From a virus (Duplodnaviria; Caudoviricetes), in the IMG/VR virus record IMGVR_UViG_3300028581_000003, positions 1-50,167 of that record: a stretch of 50,167 nt of DNA. One strand, written 5' to 3'. Shown here one piece after another: positions 8,657 through 17,787 of this stretch. Made by a program: the position numbers and the translations under genes. Positions within the stretch are counted from its first letter, which is position 1, and each line of letters opens with the position of its first letter. The notes beneath the pieces were generated by a model. The model worked only from the letters and a program-made list of their open reading frames with translations. It was not told the origin of the DNA and searched no databases.

Positions 8657-11600
8657 TTATCTTGAGACATCAAAAGAACTATCTGACTTCTGCTTTGTTT
8701 TGCCACCAATTAACAATAATCCTATAAATAAAACAAGCAAAAACAAACATATAAAGAAAATATAATTATTTGTGATAATCGCGGAGATATTTCTAAAATA
8801 ATATTCAAAATTTGAAAGAATCTTGGTCTTTAAATCTTTTTCAACAATTCTAATTTCAAAAACTTTTTGCAAAACAATCTCGTTTTGCTCAACGATTATT
8901 GTCAAGTTTGCATCACTTGCATTTGTATAAAGTATTTTTGCATACAAAGAATATTTTCCGATATCATCACGAACAACTTTTTCAATTTCTATTATTGCTG
9001 TGGATTCATTTGCAGAAATTAGAGAAACATCGGTTAAATTTCCGTCGGCATCAAATGCATTTATGTTTATAATATAAGTTTGATTTATTATCCAATTTGA
9101 CTCTCCTAACAACTCGGCACGATTTAATTCTTTTTCTTCACTTGTGACTGGAAAAGACCCAGAGCCTTGCACATTATCCAAAGAATAAACATAAAATCCA
9201 ATATTCTTTTGGTCAGAAATATTGTTCTTTGAACAATTCATTATCAAGACATGATCACCATTTGGAATTATTGCAGAGTAATTAAACGATATGTTTGTCG
9301 GAGAAGACAAGAATACATTTGATGAATTGTCTAAATTTATAAAACAATTATCAGCAGCAATATTTGTTTGCAGTCTTATGTCTAAATATTTTGTATTTAC
9401 TAAAGCATTGTTGGTTGGAAAGAAGTCAGTTATACTTATGTTTTCAGAAGACACTTCTGCATCAAGTCCAGTAGAGTTGCTTCGTATTACATTGTATGAA
9501 ACAATAGAAGGAGACAGAGATGTATTTTGAGTTGACAAAATGCTTTTAAATTGAAAGAATTCTGTTATGACTGTTCCGTTTTTCCTAAAATTAGTTTCAT
9601 TAGTAACAGATTCATATGAAATCCAATCTGTAAAATTCAAAAACATATTTTCATATAGACTTGTTATTTCTGTTGAATTTAGAGATTTATTAAATATCAT
9701 AACTTCATCCACGTCTCCGCTTAAATCTCCACCATTTGCTGGAAAACCACCAATATGTATATCATAACCCGAAGTTGAATAAAGAGAAGAAGGAATTGCC
9801 GTTCCACCGTCTGTTGTGTTGTCTATCATTACTCCGTCTTTCCATAATTCCATTCTTGCTGGACTTCCTTGCCAAGTTCCTACGAAATGATGCCACTTTC
9901 CATCATTAAATTTTGCAAGTGAGTTTTGATGTCCACCGACTTTTGGAAAAGTGCTTCCGTCTCCACTTACTAAAAATGTTCCATATCCTCCGAGATGATA
10001 GACGCTAAACTTTCTTTGGTAGGCATTAATTGCATCTGTTATTAAATTTTCATTATCGCTTGATGCTGTTCTAGCCCACAGAGAAACTGATAATCCAGTT
10101 AAAGATTCTAGTCCTTGTGGTTTTGTTGCAGTCGCATAATCATCCGAGCTTTCTAATCCGAATCCGACAACTCCACTTTCATTAATTTTCATTCCATAAT
10201 TAGTTGTTGTTGAATTTCCTACTCTTGAATTTAATCCTTCATTGAACGACCAATGATAAACTAAATTTGCATGAGTTAAATAATTTTGTGCTGTTCGAGT
10301 TGCTATTTTTAGGCTTGTATTTGCAGGCATTGAAGAGTTTAAAAATACAGTAAATGCTGAATCGTTTTTTGTATAATTGTAGGAATTTACTTCTGATAAT
10401 GAACAACCAGTTACTGCAACATCACAGGCTTCTGTTATATTTGTTGCTGTATTTTGACCCGCACATGTAAAACCAGTATTGGTTGGACAATAAGAATAAA
10501 TCTGCCATGAACAAACCACAGAATAGGTTTCACAGTCACCCTGAACATATTGATAATGACATTCTGTAGCTGGTTGGCAATACCCATCCCAATAACAATA
10601 AGGATTTGCTAAATTGCAAGAACTTTCATCTAAGAAGTTATGATAACAATAATCATCCATGCTACTTCCCGAACAATAACCGATGTTTGCCCACGCTCCG
10701 CATCCTCCTTGATGATTACTAAAAGCATTACACGTTTCTTCTGTATAAAATAAAGCCTCACAACCAGCGTTCGGTGAGCCAGAACAATAATCGGATGTTC
10801 CTGTTAATTGCTTAATTATGTTATCAAAAACACCACTTTTAATATCTCCAACGGAAAAGAATGTATTTGCAGAATTATTTAAAAGCATCAATCCAGATGT
10901 TGCATTTTTAACTTGGGTTTGATTGTATTGTAAAAATGGCTGTCTTGTAAAAAACTCTGAAGAGCTTGCAACAAACAAGGGGTCAATCAAAACAGTTCCA
11001 TTTACATTAAGAGCATAAAAATCAACTTCAATATACTTCCCTGTATTTCTTGAAATCTCACACCGTGAATAAGAAACACCACAAATATCATGAAGATAAA
11101 GATATCTATTGTTTCCATCTTCAATAACATAACTTGCATTTTTCTTTTCGTCAAATTTGAAATCTTGAGTGGAATAAAATACATACTTATATTTATTCAA
11201 AGCTTTTCCAACTGGATTTTTATCGATTGCTCCAAATTTTAATCTGTTAAAATTTGCATCGTTCGCAAAAACATCAGTTGGAGAAACAACAAATTCTTTT
11301 CCATTCCACTTTTGCAGTTGAATCGACATATTAAAATCAGAAGTTAGATATTCAATTCGAGTTTCGTTTTGGTAAATCAATTCTGTGGAATTCTCTCCGT
11401 ATTTTAAATATTTTTCATTTGCAACTGTATAACAATATCCAAAATAATCTTTATCTAATTTTGATTTTTTTGCAGAAACTTTTACAGACTTAACTTTTTC
11501 CTTTGTAAATGATTTTGCATCCACAGCTGCTGATTTCTTTAGATCAATATCATTTAGGTCAGAAAGCTTTTTTGCATCATAACTTAAAAAACAAACTTCG

Positions 11601-11806
11601 GACTTATGTTTGTTTTTATCAGAAATCCAAACAAAATAGTCTTTTGCATCTTCGTCCGACATTCTAACAACTTTCCACTCTGCAGAATAGTTTACAACTT
11701 TAAAAGAAGAAGGAATTTCATTTTGTTTTTGAACAGCAGCAAAAGAAAAAGCAAAAAAAGACAATACAAATACAGACAAAACAATTAATGAATATATTTT
11801 TTTCAT
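8657..11806 (-). CDS. Large secreted LamG/concanavalin-like domain protein with Cys-rich segment and C-terminal TM (putative adhesin)
   Basis: Signal peptide; LVYHWSFNEG...SVSLW...DGKWHHFVGTW...GDVDEVMIFNKSL LamG pattern; Cys-rich block; C-terminal TM. Confidence 0.85.
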   Translation of the reverse strand: MKKIYSLIVLSVFVLSFFAFSFAAVQKQNEIPSSFKVVNYSAEWKVVRMSDEDAKDYFVWISDKNKHKSEVCFLSYDAKKLSDLNDIDLKKSAAVDAKSFTKEKVKSVKVSAKKSKLDKDYFGYCYTVANEKYLKYGENSTELIYQNETRIEYLTSDFNMSIQLQKWNGKEFVVSPTDVFANDANFNRLKFGAIDKNPVGKALNKYKYVFYSTQDFKFDEKKNASYVIEDGNNRYLYLHDICGVSYSRCEISRNTGKYIEVDFYALNVNGTVLIDPLFVASSSEFFTRQPFLQYNQTQVKNATSGLMLLNNSANTFFSVGDIKSGVFDNIIKQLTGTSDYCSGSPNAGCEALFYTEETCNAFSNHQGGCGAWANIGYCSGSSMDDYCYHNFLDESSCNLANPYCYWDGYCQPATECHYQYVQGDCETYSVVCSWQIYSYCPTNTGFTCAGQNTATNITEACDVAVTGCSLSEVNSYNYTKNDSAFTVFLNSSMPANTSLKIATRTAQNYLTHANLVYHWSFNEGLNSRVGNSTTTNYGMKINESGVVGFGLESSDDYATATKPQGLESLTGLSVSLWARTASSDNENLITDAINAYQRKFSVYHLGGYGTFLVSGDGSTFPKVGGHQNSLAKFNDGKWHHFVGTWQGSPARMELWKDGVMIDNTTDGGTAIPSSLYSTSGYDIHIGGFPANGGDLSGDVDEVMIFNKSLNSTEITSLYENMFLNFTDWISYESVTNETNFRKNGTVITEFFQFKSILSTQNTSLSPSIVSYNVIRSNSTGLDAEVSSENISITDFFPTNNALVNTKYLDIRLQTNIAADNCFINLDNSSNVFLSSPTNISFNYSAIIPNGDHVLIMNCSKNNISDQKNIGFYVYSLDNVQGSGSFPVTSEEKELNRAELLGESNWIINQTYIININAFDADGNLTDVSLISANESTAIIEIEKVVRDDIGKYSLYAKILYTNASDANLTIIVEQNEIVLQKVFEIRIVEKDLKTKILSNFEYYFRNISAIITNNYIFFICLFLLVLFIGLLLIGGKTKQKSDSSFDVSR

Positions 11807-12906
11807 CTTACAATAAAAACAGTTCCTTTTTCTTTTCGTTTAATTTCTCCTTCATAATAAACTAAGGAATGAAAGTTTGCAACCGAGGAGACTGTATCTC
11901 CAACAACTTCTAATTTTGTTTCTCCAAGTCCTTCTGCTCCACCTTCATCAACTACGGTCTGTTTTGAATAATCATCCGAATTGCAATAAACCAACTTTAA
12001 GCCATTTGAGCAACTTTCTGTCCATTGAACATGGTGCATTCCTTTTGAATCAGTAATAGAAGAGATTGGTTTTCCAACAGGAGTTTCAACATCTTTCTTT
12101 ATAATTTCCTCAACTCCGCTCCCAAGTCTTTTCGTAACAACATCAGCAACTTGCTTGCAAGAAGTTGGTCTAACTTTTGAATTTTTATAAACAACATTTA
12201 CAGAATTATCAGAACCAACACTGATATTTCCATCAAAACTGAACTCTCCTAATTCTGAAACATCTTCCAATCCTTTATTTGTAATTCTTCCTGTGCAAGA
12301 CTTTAAAGTTTTGTCATCGCTCTCTTCCCAAAGGGCATACAATCGGTGATTTTTATCTCTGGCAATTTGTGGATTCTTTTGACTCTTAACTCTTGAAAGT
12401 CTTTGTTTGCTTATTTGAGGTGGAAAGTTTGTAAAATTTGAAGCAGATAATAAATACAGATCATCAGAAGCATCATCGGTTGCCAGAAATGTCTGATGAT
12501 TGCCGTCAACAAGCTGAGCACATCTGTTCGACGATGGTGAAAAAATTTCTCTTGATTTCCAAGTTCTATTTTCTTGATAAACTTGCATTATTCGCCAATT
12601 GTTGGTCGTCGGAGTGTTTAAGTAACTTGTCACTACGGCAACAGGAGAATCTCTTGAAAACTTTAAATCAGAATAAAGTTGCTGTGAAGACATTGGAAAA
12701 CTAACTTGCTGTTTTGCTTCTCCTTTTTGATAATACAATCTGTTGTTTGCAGAATAAAACATATGATTTGTCCCTTGTGAATCTCTTGCATATCCTATCG
12801 AGCTGCTTATGGAATTTGTATCAACAACTCTTGAAGAGAATTGCTGTCCAATGCCAAAAACAGGAAGCAATACCGAAGCCAGCAGGGATGCGAGTGTTTT
12901 TTTCAT
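11803..12906 (-). CDS. Secreted beta-propeller-like protein
   Basis: Signal peptide; repeated DSxGxxHxx[YW]-type blades (RDSQGTNHMFY, RDKNHRLYALW, TDSKGMHHVQW). Confidence 0.65.
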   Translation of the reverse strand: MKKTLASLLASVLLPVFGIGQQFSSRVVDTNSISSSIGYARDSQGTNHMFYSANNRLYYQKGEAKQQVSFPMSSQQLYSDLKFSRDSPVAVVTSYLNTPTTNNWRIMQVYQENRTWKSREIFSPSSNRCAQLVDGNHQTFLATDDASDDLYLLSASNFTNFPPQISKQRLSRVKSQKNPQIARDKNHRLYALWEESDDKTLKSCTGRITNKGLEDVSELGEFSFDGNISVGSDNSVNVVYKNSKVRPTSCKQVADVVTKRLGSGVEEIIKKDVETPVGKPISSITDSKGMHHVQWTESCSNGLKLVYCNSDDYSKQTVVDEGGAEGLGETKLEVVGDTVSSVANFHSLVYYEGEIKRKEKGTVFIVR

Positions 12907-12945
12907 GTTATTATTGATATTTTATAGTTTATATTTTTATTCTTT

Positions 12946-13188
12946 TTAGTTTTTTATACTAATCGAAGGAATAATTTGTTCTTCGACAATTCTTATTATC
13001 TCTTGTGCGGTCGGAGGACAAACCTCGTCGTCAACTTTATCTTCCAATATTCCTTGCTCTAAAGCCCAAAATTTAAGAGTTCTGCAAAGTCTATAATCTC
13101 TATGACCGCAGTCTGCACTTCTATCAAATGTGCAAAAATAATGTTTAGTTTTTTCACTATAACACTGCAACGGACATTCGTTTTTCAT
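12946..13188 (-). CDS. Small Cys-rich hypothetical protein
   Basis: ATGA-coupled, last gene of a run of small genes. Confidence 0.6.
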   Translation of the reverse strand: MKNECPLQCYSEKTKHYFCTFDRSADCGHRDYRLCRTLKFWALEQGILEDKVDDEVCPPTAQEIIRIVEEQIIPSISIKN

Positions 13189-13511
13189 TTTAACCCCTCT
13201 CGTAATCTTTTAGTCATCTCTTCGTTTAATCTCTTTCTCCAGTAGTCTCTTTTTTCTTCCATCTTTTGAAGCTCCTTTTTTAATTCTTTATTTTCTTCGG
13301 ATAGTTTATTTTCTAGAGTTGTATTTATATTTGAAATTACTTCCCATTTATTCATTTCTAATAAAAAGTCTACATGAATTACTGGTCTGTTTCCCGAACT
13401 ATCTACGACAAAACCTTTATCGTTTACATACCAGTAATATCCTTCTTTCCAAGTTTTAATTCTTATTGTTTTATGACTTAGTAGTTCTTGTATTGCTTGT
13501 TTAAAGTTCAT
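13185..13511 (-). CDS. Hypothetical protein (MNFxxA...W N-terminus, C-terminal coiled coil)
   Basis: Coupled gene with AGGAG SD; N-terminus resembles small phage proteins of DUF2829 type. Confidence 0.65.
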   Translation of the reverse strand: MNFKQAIQELLSHKTIRIKTWKEGYYWYVNDKGFVVDSSGNRPVIHVDFLLEMNKWEVISNINTTLENKLSEENKELKKELQKMEEKRDYWRKRLNEEMTKRLREGLK

Positions 13512-13639
13512 TCTTCTTCGCTCCTAATCTCAATTAAATTTGGATTTGATTTTAAATGATTATGAAAAATTGTCTGGGCTACGCCTTCATTTTCTGCTTC
13601 GATTGTTTCTTCGTATTCTAACCATACTTTGAATTTCAT
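13508..13639 (-). CDS. Small hypothetical protein (43 aa, not in track)
   Basis: MKFKVWLEYEETIEAENEGVAQTIF... fills the gap exactly with ATGA overlaps at both ends. Confidence 0.65.
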   Translation of the reverse strand: MKFKVWLEYEETIEAENEGVAQTIFHNHLKSNPNLIEIRSEEE

Positions 13640-14004
13640 TCTTTTTTCTCCGTTATTTTAATTTCAATATTTCTTTTATTGTGTTTTGAGTAATAAATAC
13701 CAAAATGTTCTAAAACTGAATAAAGTAAATCTTTAGTAGTTTCTAGGTCATAACCATTTTCATCTTCGTCTTTATATTCAAATACCTTTTCTCTGATTAT
13801 TTTATTTGTTATAATTTTATCTTCTTCTAATTCTTCTAATTCTTCTAATTCTTCTAATTCTTCGGAAGTTGTTATAAATACATTTTCTCTGATTATTTTA
13901 TTTGTTATAATTTTATCTTCTTCTTCTAATTCTTCTAATTCTTCTAATTCTTCGGAAGTTGTTATAAATCCGTTCTCTGCTTTTCTTATTTTTAGTTCTG
14001 TCAT
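13636..14004 (-). CDS. Acidic hypothetical protein with internal tandem duplication
   Basis: MTELKIRKAENGFI start; duplicated FITTSEE(LEE)n...DKIITNKIIRE block. Confidence 0.7.
   Translation of the reverse strand: MTELKIRKAENGFITTSEELEELEELEEEDKIITNKIIRENVFITTSEELEELEELEELEEDKIITNKIIREKVFEYKDEDENGYDLETTKDLLYSVLEHFGIYYSKHNKRNIEIKITEKKE
13787..13969. repeat. Tandem ~90-bp duplication containing variable numbers of 9-bp TTCTTCTAA units
   Basis: Copies at ~13787-13879 and ~13883-13969 differ mainly in 9-mer count. Confidence 0.9.
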
Positions 14005-14005
14005 T

Positions 14006-14245
14006 TTATCCTTTACTTAATATTAATCCTTTTAATGCTTCGCAGTCACAATCTGCTTCCCATAAGTAAGGACTGATTTGTTTAGTTATTGAGTCTATTG
14101 CGTTACGCATTTTCTTTCCGCAGGTGGGACAAATTAATAATTCCTTTGCTCTGTCGTATTGTTTTAGTTTCATGCAAATATCAAACTTTTTCTGTAAAGT
14201 AAGTTTATCGTCTTCTTCGTTTTTCATTTCTTCATCTCCAGCCAT
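14006..14245 (-). CDS. Small Zn-ribbon-like protein
   Basis: CPTCG and CDC motifs. Confidence 0.6.
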   Translation of the reverse strand: MAGDEEMKNEEDDKLTLQKKFDICMKLKQYDRAKELLICPTCGKKMRNAIDSITKQISPYLWEADCDCEALKGLILSKG

Positions 14246-14604
14246 TGCTCTAATTGTTTTAGTTCGTCATCTGCGTTACAAATAATTGTATGTATTCTAT
14301 TTAACAACATTCCATTGTGGTCTTCTACTCCCATTTCTGCCCAGATGTCATCTATTTTAGCCAATAATCTAGCATAAGTTTTTAACACACTCAAAGCACC
14401 TTCGATTTTGCCTTGCTTTTTAGCTTTTAATTGACTATATTCTCCATATTCAGAACAATCTTCTAATGTTAATCTAATTATATTCTTTTCTTCAAAATTA
14501 TTTCTGTTTCCATATTCTTTATTCTCTTTATAAATTCTATCATAAACAATTTTCATCTCGTTATTGATTTCTTCTATTTCTTTAACGATTGGGTGAGTTG
14601 TCAT
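14224..14604 (-). CDS. Hypothetical protein
   Basis: Coupled ORF in small-gene run. Confidence 0.65.
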   Translation of the reverse strand: MTTHPIVKEIEEINNEMKIVYDRIYKENKEYGNRNNFEEKNIIRLTLEDCSEYGEYSQLKAKKQGKIEGALSVLKTYARLLAKIDDIWAEMGVEDHNGMLLNRIHTIICNADDELKQLEQWLEMKK

Positions 14605-14813
14605 TTTTTACATAAACAATCAGCTAATATATTATAGCCCTTATCTTTTAATTCTTTTAATTTAAAGTGTAAATCATCTAAATCTGTAATCTTTATTGCA
14701 TCTGTTAATCCAACTGTTTCTACTTGACTACTATTTTCAAAACATGTTTTACCAACATTTAATAGGTAATAAGACTTTATTAAGTGATTTACGATTAACT
14801 TTTGGTATTTCAT
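14601..14813 (-). CDS. Hypothetical protein
   Basis: ATGA overlaps, GAGGAG SD. Confidence 0.6.
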   Translation of the reverse strand: MKYQKLIVNHLIKSYYLLNVGKTCFENSSQVETVGLTDAIKITDLDDLHFKLKELKDKGYNILADCLCKK

Positions 14814-15154
14814 TCTAACTCCTCTATGTAGGATTTTAGTTTTATATTATTTTCTTTCGCCAGTTTCTCTACTTCTGAAATGAATGTTGAAAGTTCTTCT
14901 GTTCTTTTTACTAATACTTCTTCAGTTAAACAAGAATTTTCTCCATCTATGTCCTCATTTATAAATCTTAATTCTTCACTCGCCCATTCGTGATATTTTT
15001 GAAGTTTTGTTTTGATTTTAGATTGACATTTGTTACAATACCAGTTTCTTTTACCACAAAACTCTAATTCATCTCCTGCTGGACAACCATCTCGCATACA
15101 TCCTTTTAAATCATTCTTTACATCTTCAAGTTGGTTGGTTAAAAAGGTGTTCAT
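14810..15154 (-). CDS. Cys-containing hypothetical protein
   Basis: CxxxxC, CxxC; ATGA overlaps. Confidence 0.65.
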   Translation of the reverse strand: MNTFLTNQLEDVKNDLKGCMRDGCPAGDELEFCGKRNWYCNKCQSKIKTKLQKYHEWASEELRFINEDIDGENSCLTEEVLVKRTEELSTFISEVEKLAKENNIKLKSYIEELE

Positions 15155-15393
15155 TGTTCTATTCTCTTTCCAAATTTATCACATTGATAAAGCACTTTAC
15201 ATTTCTTAAATACTATTTTATGAATACATGTGGGATTTTTCTTCCATTCAAATAAATCTTCTTTATTTACTTCGATTGCTATATATCTGTCTCCTGTTTT
15301 GTTTCTAAACCCATCGCAAAAGTAAGGTCTTGAACAAGCATGGAATTTACCTTCTCCACATTCTTCTTGTGAGTTTATTATTATTTCTTTCAT
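15151..15393 (-). CDS. Hypothetical protein
   Basis: AGGAG SD upstream; ATGA overlap. Confidence 0.6.
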   Translation of the reverse strand: MKEIIINSQEECGEGKFHACSRPYFCDGFRNKTGDRYIAIEVNKEDLFEWKKNPTCIHKIVFKKCKVLYQCDKFGKRIEQ

Positions 15394-15477
15394 AAGTTGC
15401 TCCTAATTACTTTTTAAGTAAAGTTTATTTGAGTTAATCCATCGTGAAATGTAGAGTAAGCTACTTGCTGTTTACAT

Positions 15478-15660
15478 TTACCGCCGTTGTTTTGGTTTAA
15501 TATATTTCTTTCTAAAATTATTATATATCAATTCATCCGTATTACTTATTTCTTCCCCTTGTTTTATTTTTTCTTTTATATCTTCATATTGTTTCTTTTT
15601 TTGTTTAAAAATAAATATCTCTGATGGAGAATGTGTTCTTTTTATTTTTTCTGTTTTCAT
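15478..15660 (-). CDS. Small basic hypothetical protein (start moved to MKTEK)
   Basis: AGGAG SD before ATG at 15660, overlapping the upstream stop. Confidence 0.55.
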   Translation of the reverse strand: MKTEKIKRTHSPSEIFIFKQKKKQYEDIKEKIKQGEEISNTDELIYNNFRKKYIKPKQRR

Positions 15661-15866
15661 TTTACTTCTCCTTGGCCATAAACTTCTTGGCAGGTTTTGC
15701 AAAGCGATTTACTTTGATCAATTTCTTGTCCACACCAACCACAAAGATTTACAACTTCATTATCAAAGCGATCTTTTATTATTTTTGCGACCTGAACTCC
15801 ATTATACAAAGTATAAATCAATTCTATTTTATCGGAAATAGATGCCAGATTAGATTGTGCTTTCAT
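15657..15866 (-). CDS. Small Zn-finger protein
   Basis: CGWCG...CKTC; AGGAG upstream. Confidence 0.65.
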   Translation of the reverse strand: MKAQSNLASISDKIELIYTLYNGVQVAKIIKDRFDNEVVNLCGWCGQEIDQSKSLCKTCQEVYGQGEVK

Positions 15867-16147
15867 TTTATCGCAACTCTCCTTGTAATTGACAACCTAT
15901 TGAGTTCTTCAATTTATAAAATGTTTTTTTGGTTTGTTGTTTTTGTGCTTTCATTGTAAATTTAAGCCCGCGGGTTTTGTTAAACCCCGTGGTCTTTGGT
16001 TATTGTTATTATTATTAATTTATCAAATTATAAGTTTATAAATATTCTTCTTTGATATAATTTCAAAATGACAAAGAAGAACATTTAGAAAATCTACTAG
16101 TTAGTATCAATCAAAACTATTAAATAAAAAATTCAAACATACAAAAA

Positions 16148-16337
16148 TTAAATAATTTTTTTCTTTTTCAAATCACGCTTTGTATATTTTTCAGTTCCAT
16201 CTTTTGTAAAAATTCTTAAAACTCTTCCATCCCAATCCCGATCATCATAATCTTCTGTCGATTTTTGACAAAACTTGCTATTTTTGATAATTCTTTTTGT
16301 TCTAAATATTGTCGTTTTGAAATTTGATTTTTTTCAT
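16148..16337 (-). pseudogene. Small ORF broken by a frameshift in an A7 run directly after ATG
   Basis: TATA box at the usual spacing; reads MKKIKFQNDNI* as assembled, but removing one A gives a 62-aa ORF (...DYDDRDWDGRVLRIFTKDG...). Confidence 0.4.
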
Positions 16338-16503
16338 AATAATATATAAATTTTAACTTTATAAATATGATTATTAATAATAAAAGTCGGGTTTGCTAGA
16401 ATGTCTAGCTTCTCTTACGATATCGTATATCAGCCCTGTTGAATATTATCGTCGATTTTCTTCAAAAATAAAAAGAAAAATAAAAATAAAATTTGAATTA
16501 TTT

Positions 16504-17016
16504 CTAATCAGATATTCTAAGCCAAAACTTCTCCGGGTTGACTTTATCGGGTGTAGTTCCTAAAACAACAAATTTACCAATTAAATCAGAAAGTTTCTTA
16601 ACTTCCATGTTTCTCATAAATCCCCAAAGCTTTGCTTTTGGATGTTTTGAGATAACCCATTGAACTTTTCCTGCATCATCAACTTCCTTTTTTAAATTGA
16701 AAGTTCTCTTAACAGTAATGTTTGTCAATTTCTCAGTTGGTTTGCCTTCTGCATCTAATTCTGGAATTCTTTCCGTTTCAATTACGATAACTTGAGCTAT
16801 TTCAGTAGACTTTGGATTGTATGTCGGTTGATCATCTTCATCTACCGGACCATTCCAAAAATCAATTTGTTCTTCTTGTCGAACGCCATCTCGAGTTTGT
16901 TCTTTTCCATCAGCATCAATAAAAGTAACTTTATCAGCAATCTTTATTTTCATGCCTTTATATTTTCTTGCATCAATACTTTTGGAGTCTCTTTGTGGTA
17001 TGTCATCAATTCCCAT
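16504..17016 (-). CDS. Hypothetical protein, possibly ssDNA-binding
   Basis: GGAGG SD, downstream T-tract, beta-rich, near replication genes; function is inference. Confidence 0.7.
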   Translation of the reverse strand: MGIDDIPQRDSKSIDARKYKGMKIKIADKVTFIDADGKEQTRDGVRQEEQIDFWNGPVDEDDQPTYNPKSTEIAQVIVIETERIPELDAEGKPTEKLTNITVKRTFNLKKEVDDAGKVQWVISKHPKAKLWGFMRNMEVKKLSDLIGKFVVLGTTPDKVNPEKFWLRISD

Positions 17017-17018
17017 AT

Positions 17019-17249
17019 TTAACCTCCTTTCATTTTTGAATTAAGTTTAGTTACGCGTATGATTTCATTTAGCTCTTTTTGAAAAAAATCAATTCTGTGT
17101 TTTGCAACAAGAAACCGATCTTTGAAATATGATGCACTTGGATTAGTTAAAAACAAATCTTCTTGCATGAGAAAATCATATCCTAGATTTTCTCGCTCTA
17201 CAGCAATTTGAACTCGTAGAGTTTCATCACGGCCTATTTCTTTTGTCAT
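17019..17249 (-). CDS. Hypothetical protein
   Basis: GGAGG SD, ATGA overlap. Confidence 0.65.
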   Translation of the reverse strand: MTKEIGRDETLRVQIAVERENLGYDFLMQEDLFLTNPSASYFKDRFLVAKHRIDFFQKELNEIIRVTKLNSKMKGG

Positions 17250-17485
17250 TTGAGTTCCTCCATCCTTTCACTTCCGCATCTTTTACAATAAGCCTCTTCA
17301 TTTTCTTGAAAAACACATTTTGTTCCACAATCGAAACATTTAAAGTTTTTAACTATTGCAATGTATTTTGAGATATCAATTGAAACAATTTCTTCATCCT
17401 CTAGTTTTAAGAATTGAATGATCTCGCTTGGGATTGTTGCAATAAGTGAATTTCCTGATTTTCTGAGTTTGATGTGTGTTATCAT
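17246..17485 (-). CDS. AbrB/MazE/SpoVT-family DNA-binding protein fused to Zn ribbon
   Basis: KLRKSGNSLIATIPSEIIQFLKL AbrB signature; CFDCG...CKRCG. Confidence 0.8.
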   Translation of the reverse strand: MITHIKLRKSGNSLIATIPSEIIQFLKLEDEEIVSIDISKYIAIVKNFKCFDCGTKCVFQENEEAYCKRCGSERMEELK

Positions 17486-17724
17486 TTTTTCTCCTCTCGT
17501 ATTGAGAATACATTTCTTGGAAAATCAGTTATTGCTTTGTCATGAATTTTTTTCATTCGGGCAACAGTTTCTTCTGTAAGTTTTTCTTCTCGAGCTTTAA
17601 TTGTCCATTTGTATAATCCTTTTGCGGTCAATTCCATTTCTATAGATTCTTTCAATTCCATCATAGGAAAAGATGATTCTTGAGCAATTGGAAGATTTGT
17701 TTGTTCTTCTTTTTCGTTTATCAT
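17482..17724 (-). CDS. Hypothetical protein
   Basis: Leaderless start at fixed spacing from TATA box. Confidence 0.7.
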   Translation of the reverse strand: MINEKEEQTNLPIAQESSFPMMELKESIEMELTAKGLYKWTIKAREEKLTEETVARMKKIHDKAITDFPRNVFSIREEKK

Positions 17725-17787
17725 AAGATCATTAAATGGTATATCTTTTTAAATGTTTCTCTTAATATCATTAAATGATATTAAAAA

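Noticed and set aside
13787-13969. CRISPR-like array
   Set aside because: The repeats are contiguous, in-frame and coding with no unique spacers; no cas genes seen
16382-16459. Hammerhead ribozyme or c-di-GMP riboswitch
   Set aside because: Only partial word matches on the minus strand (CTGAT, GCAAACC); conserved cores are incomplete
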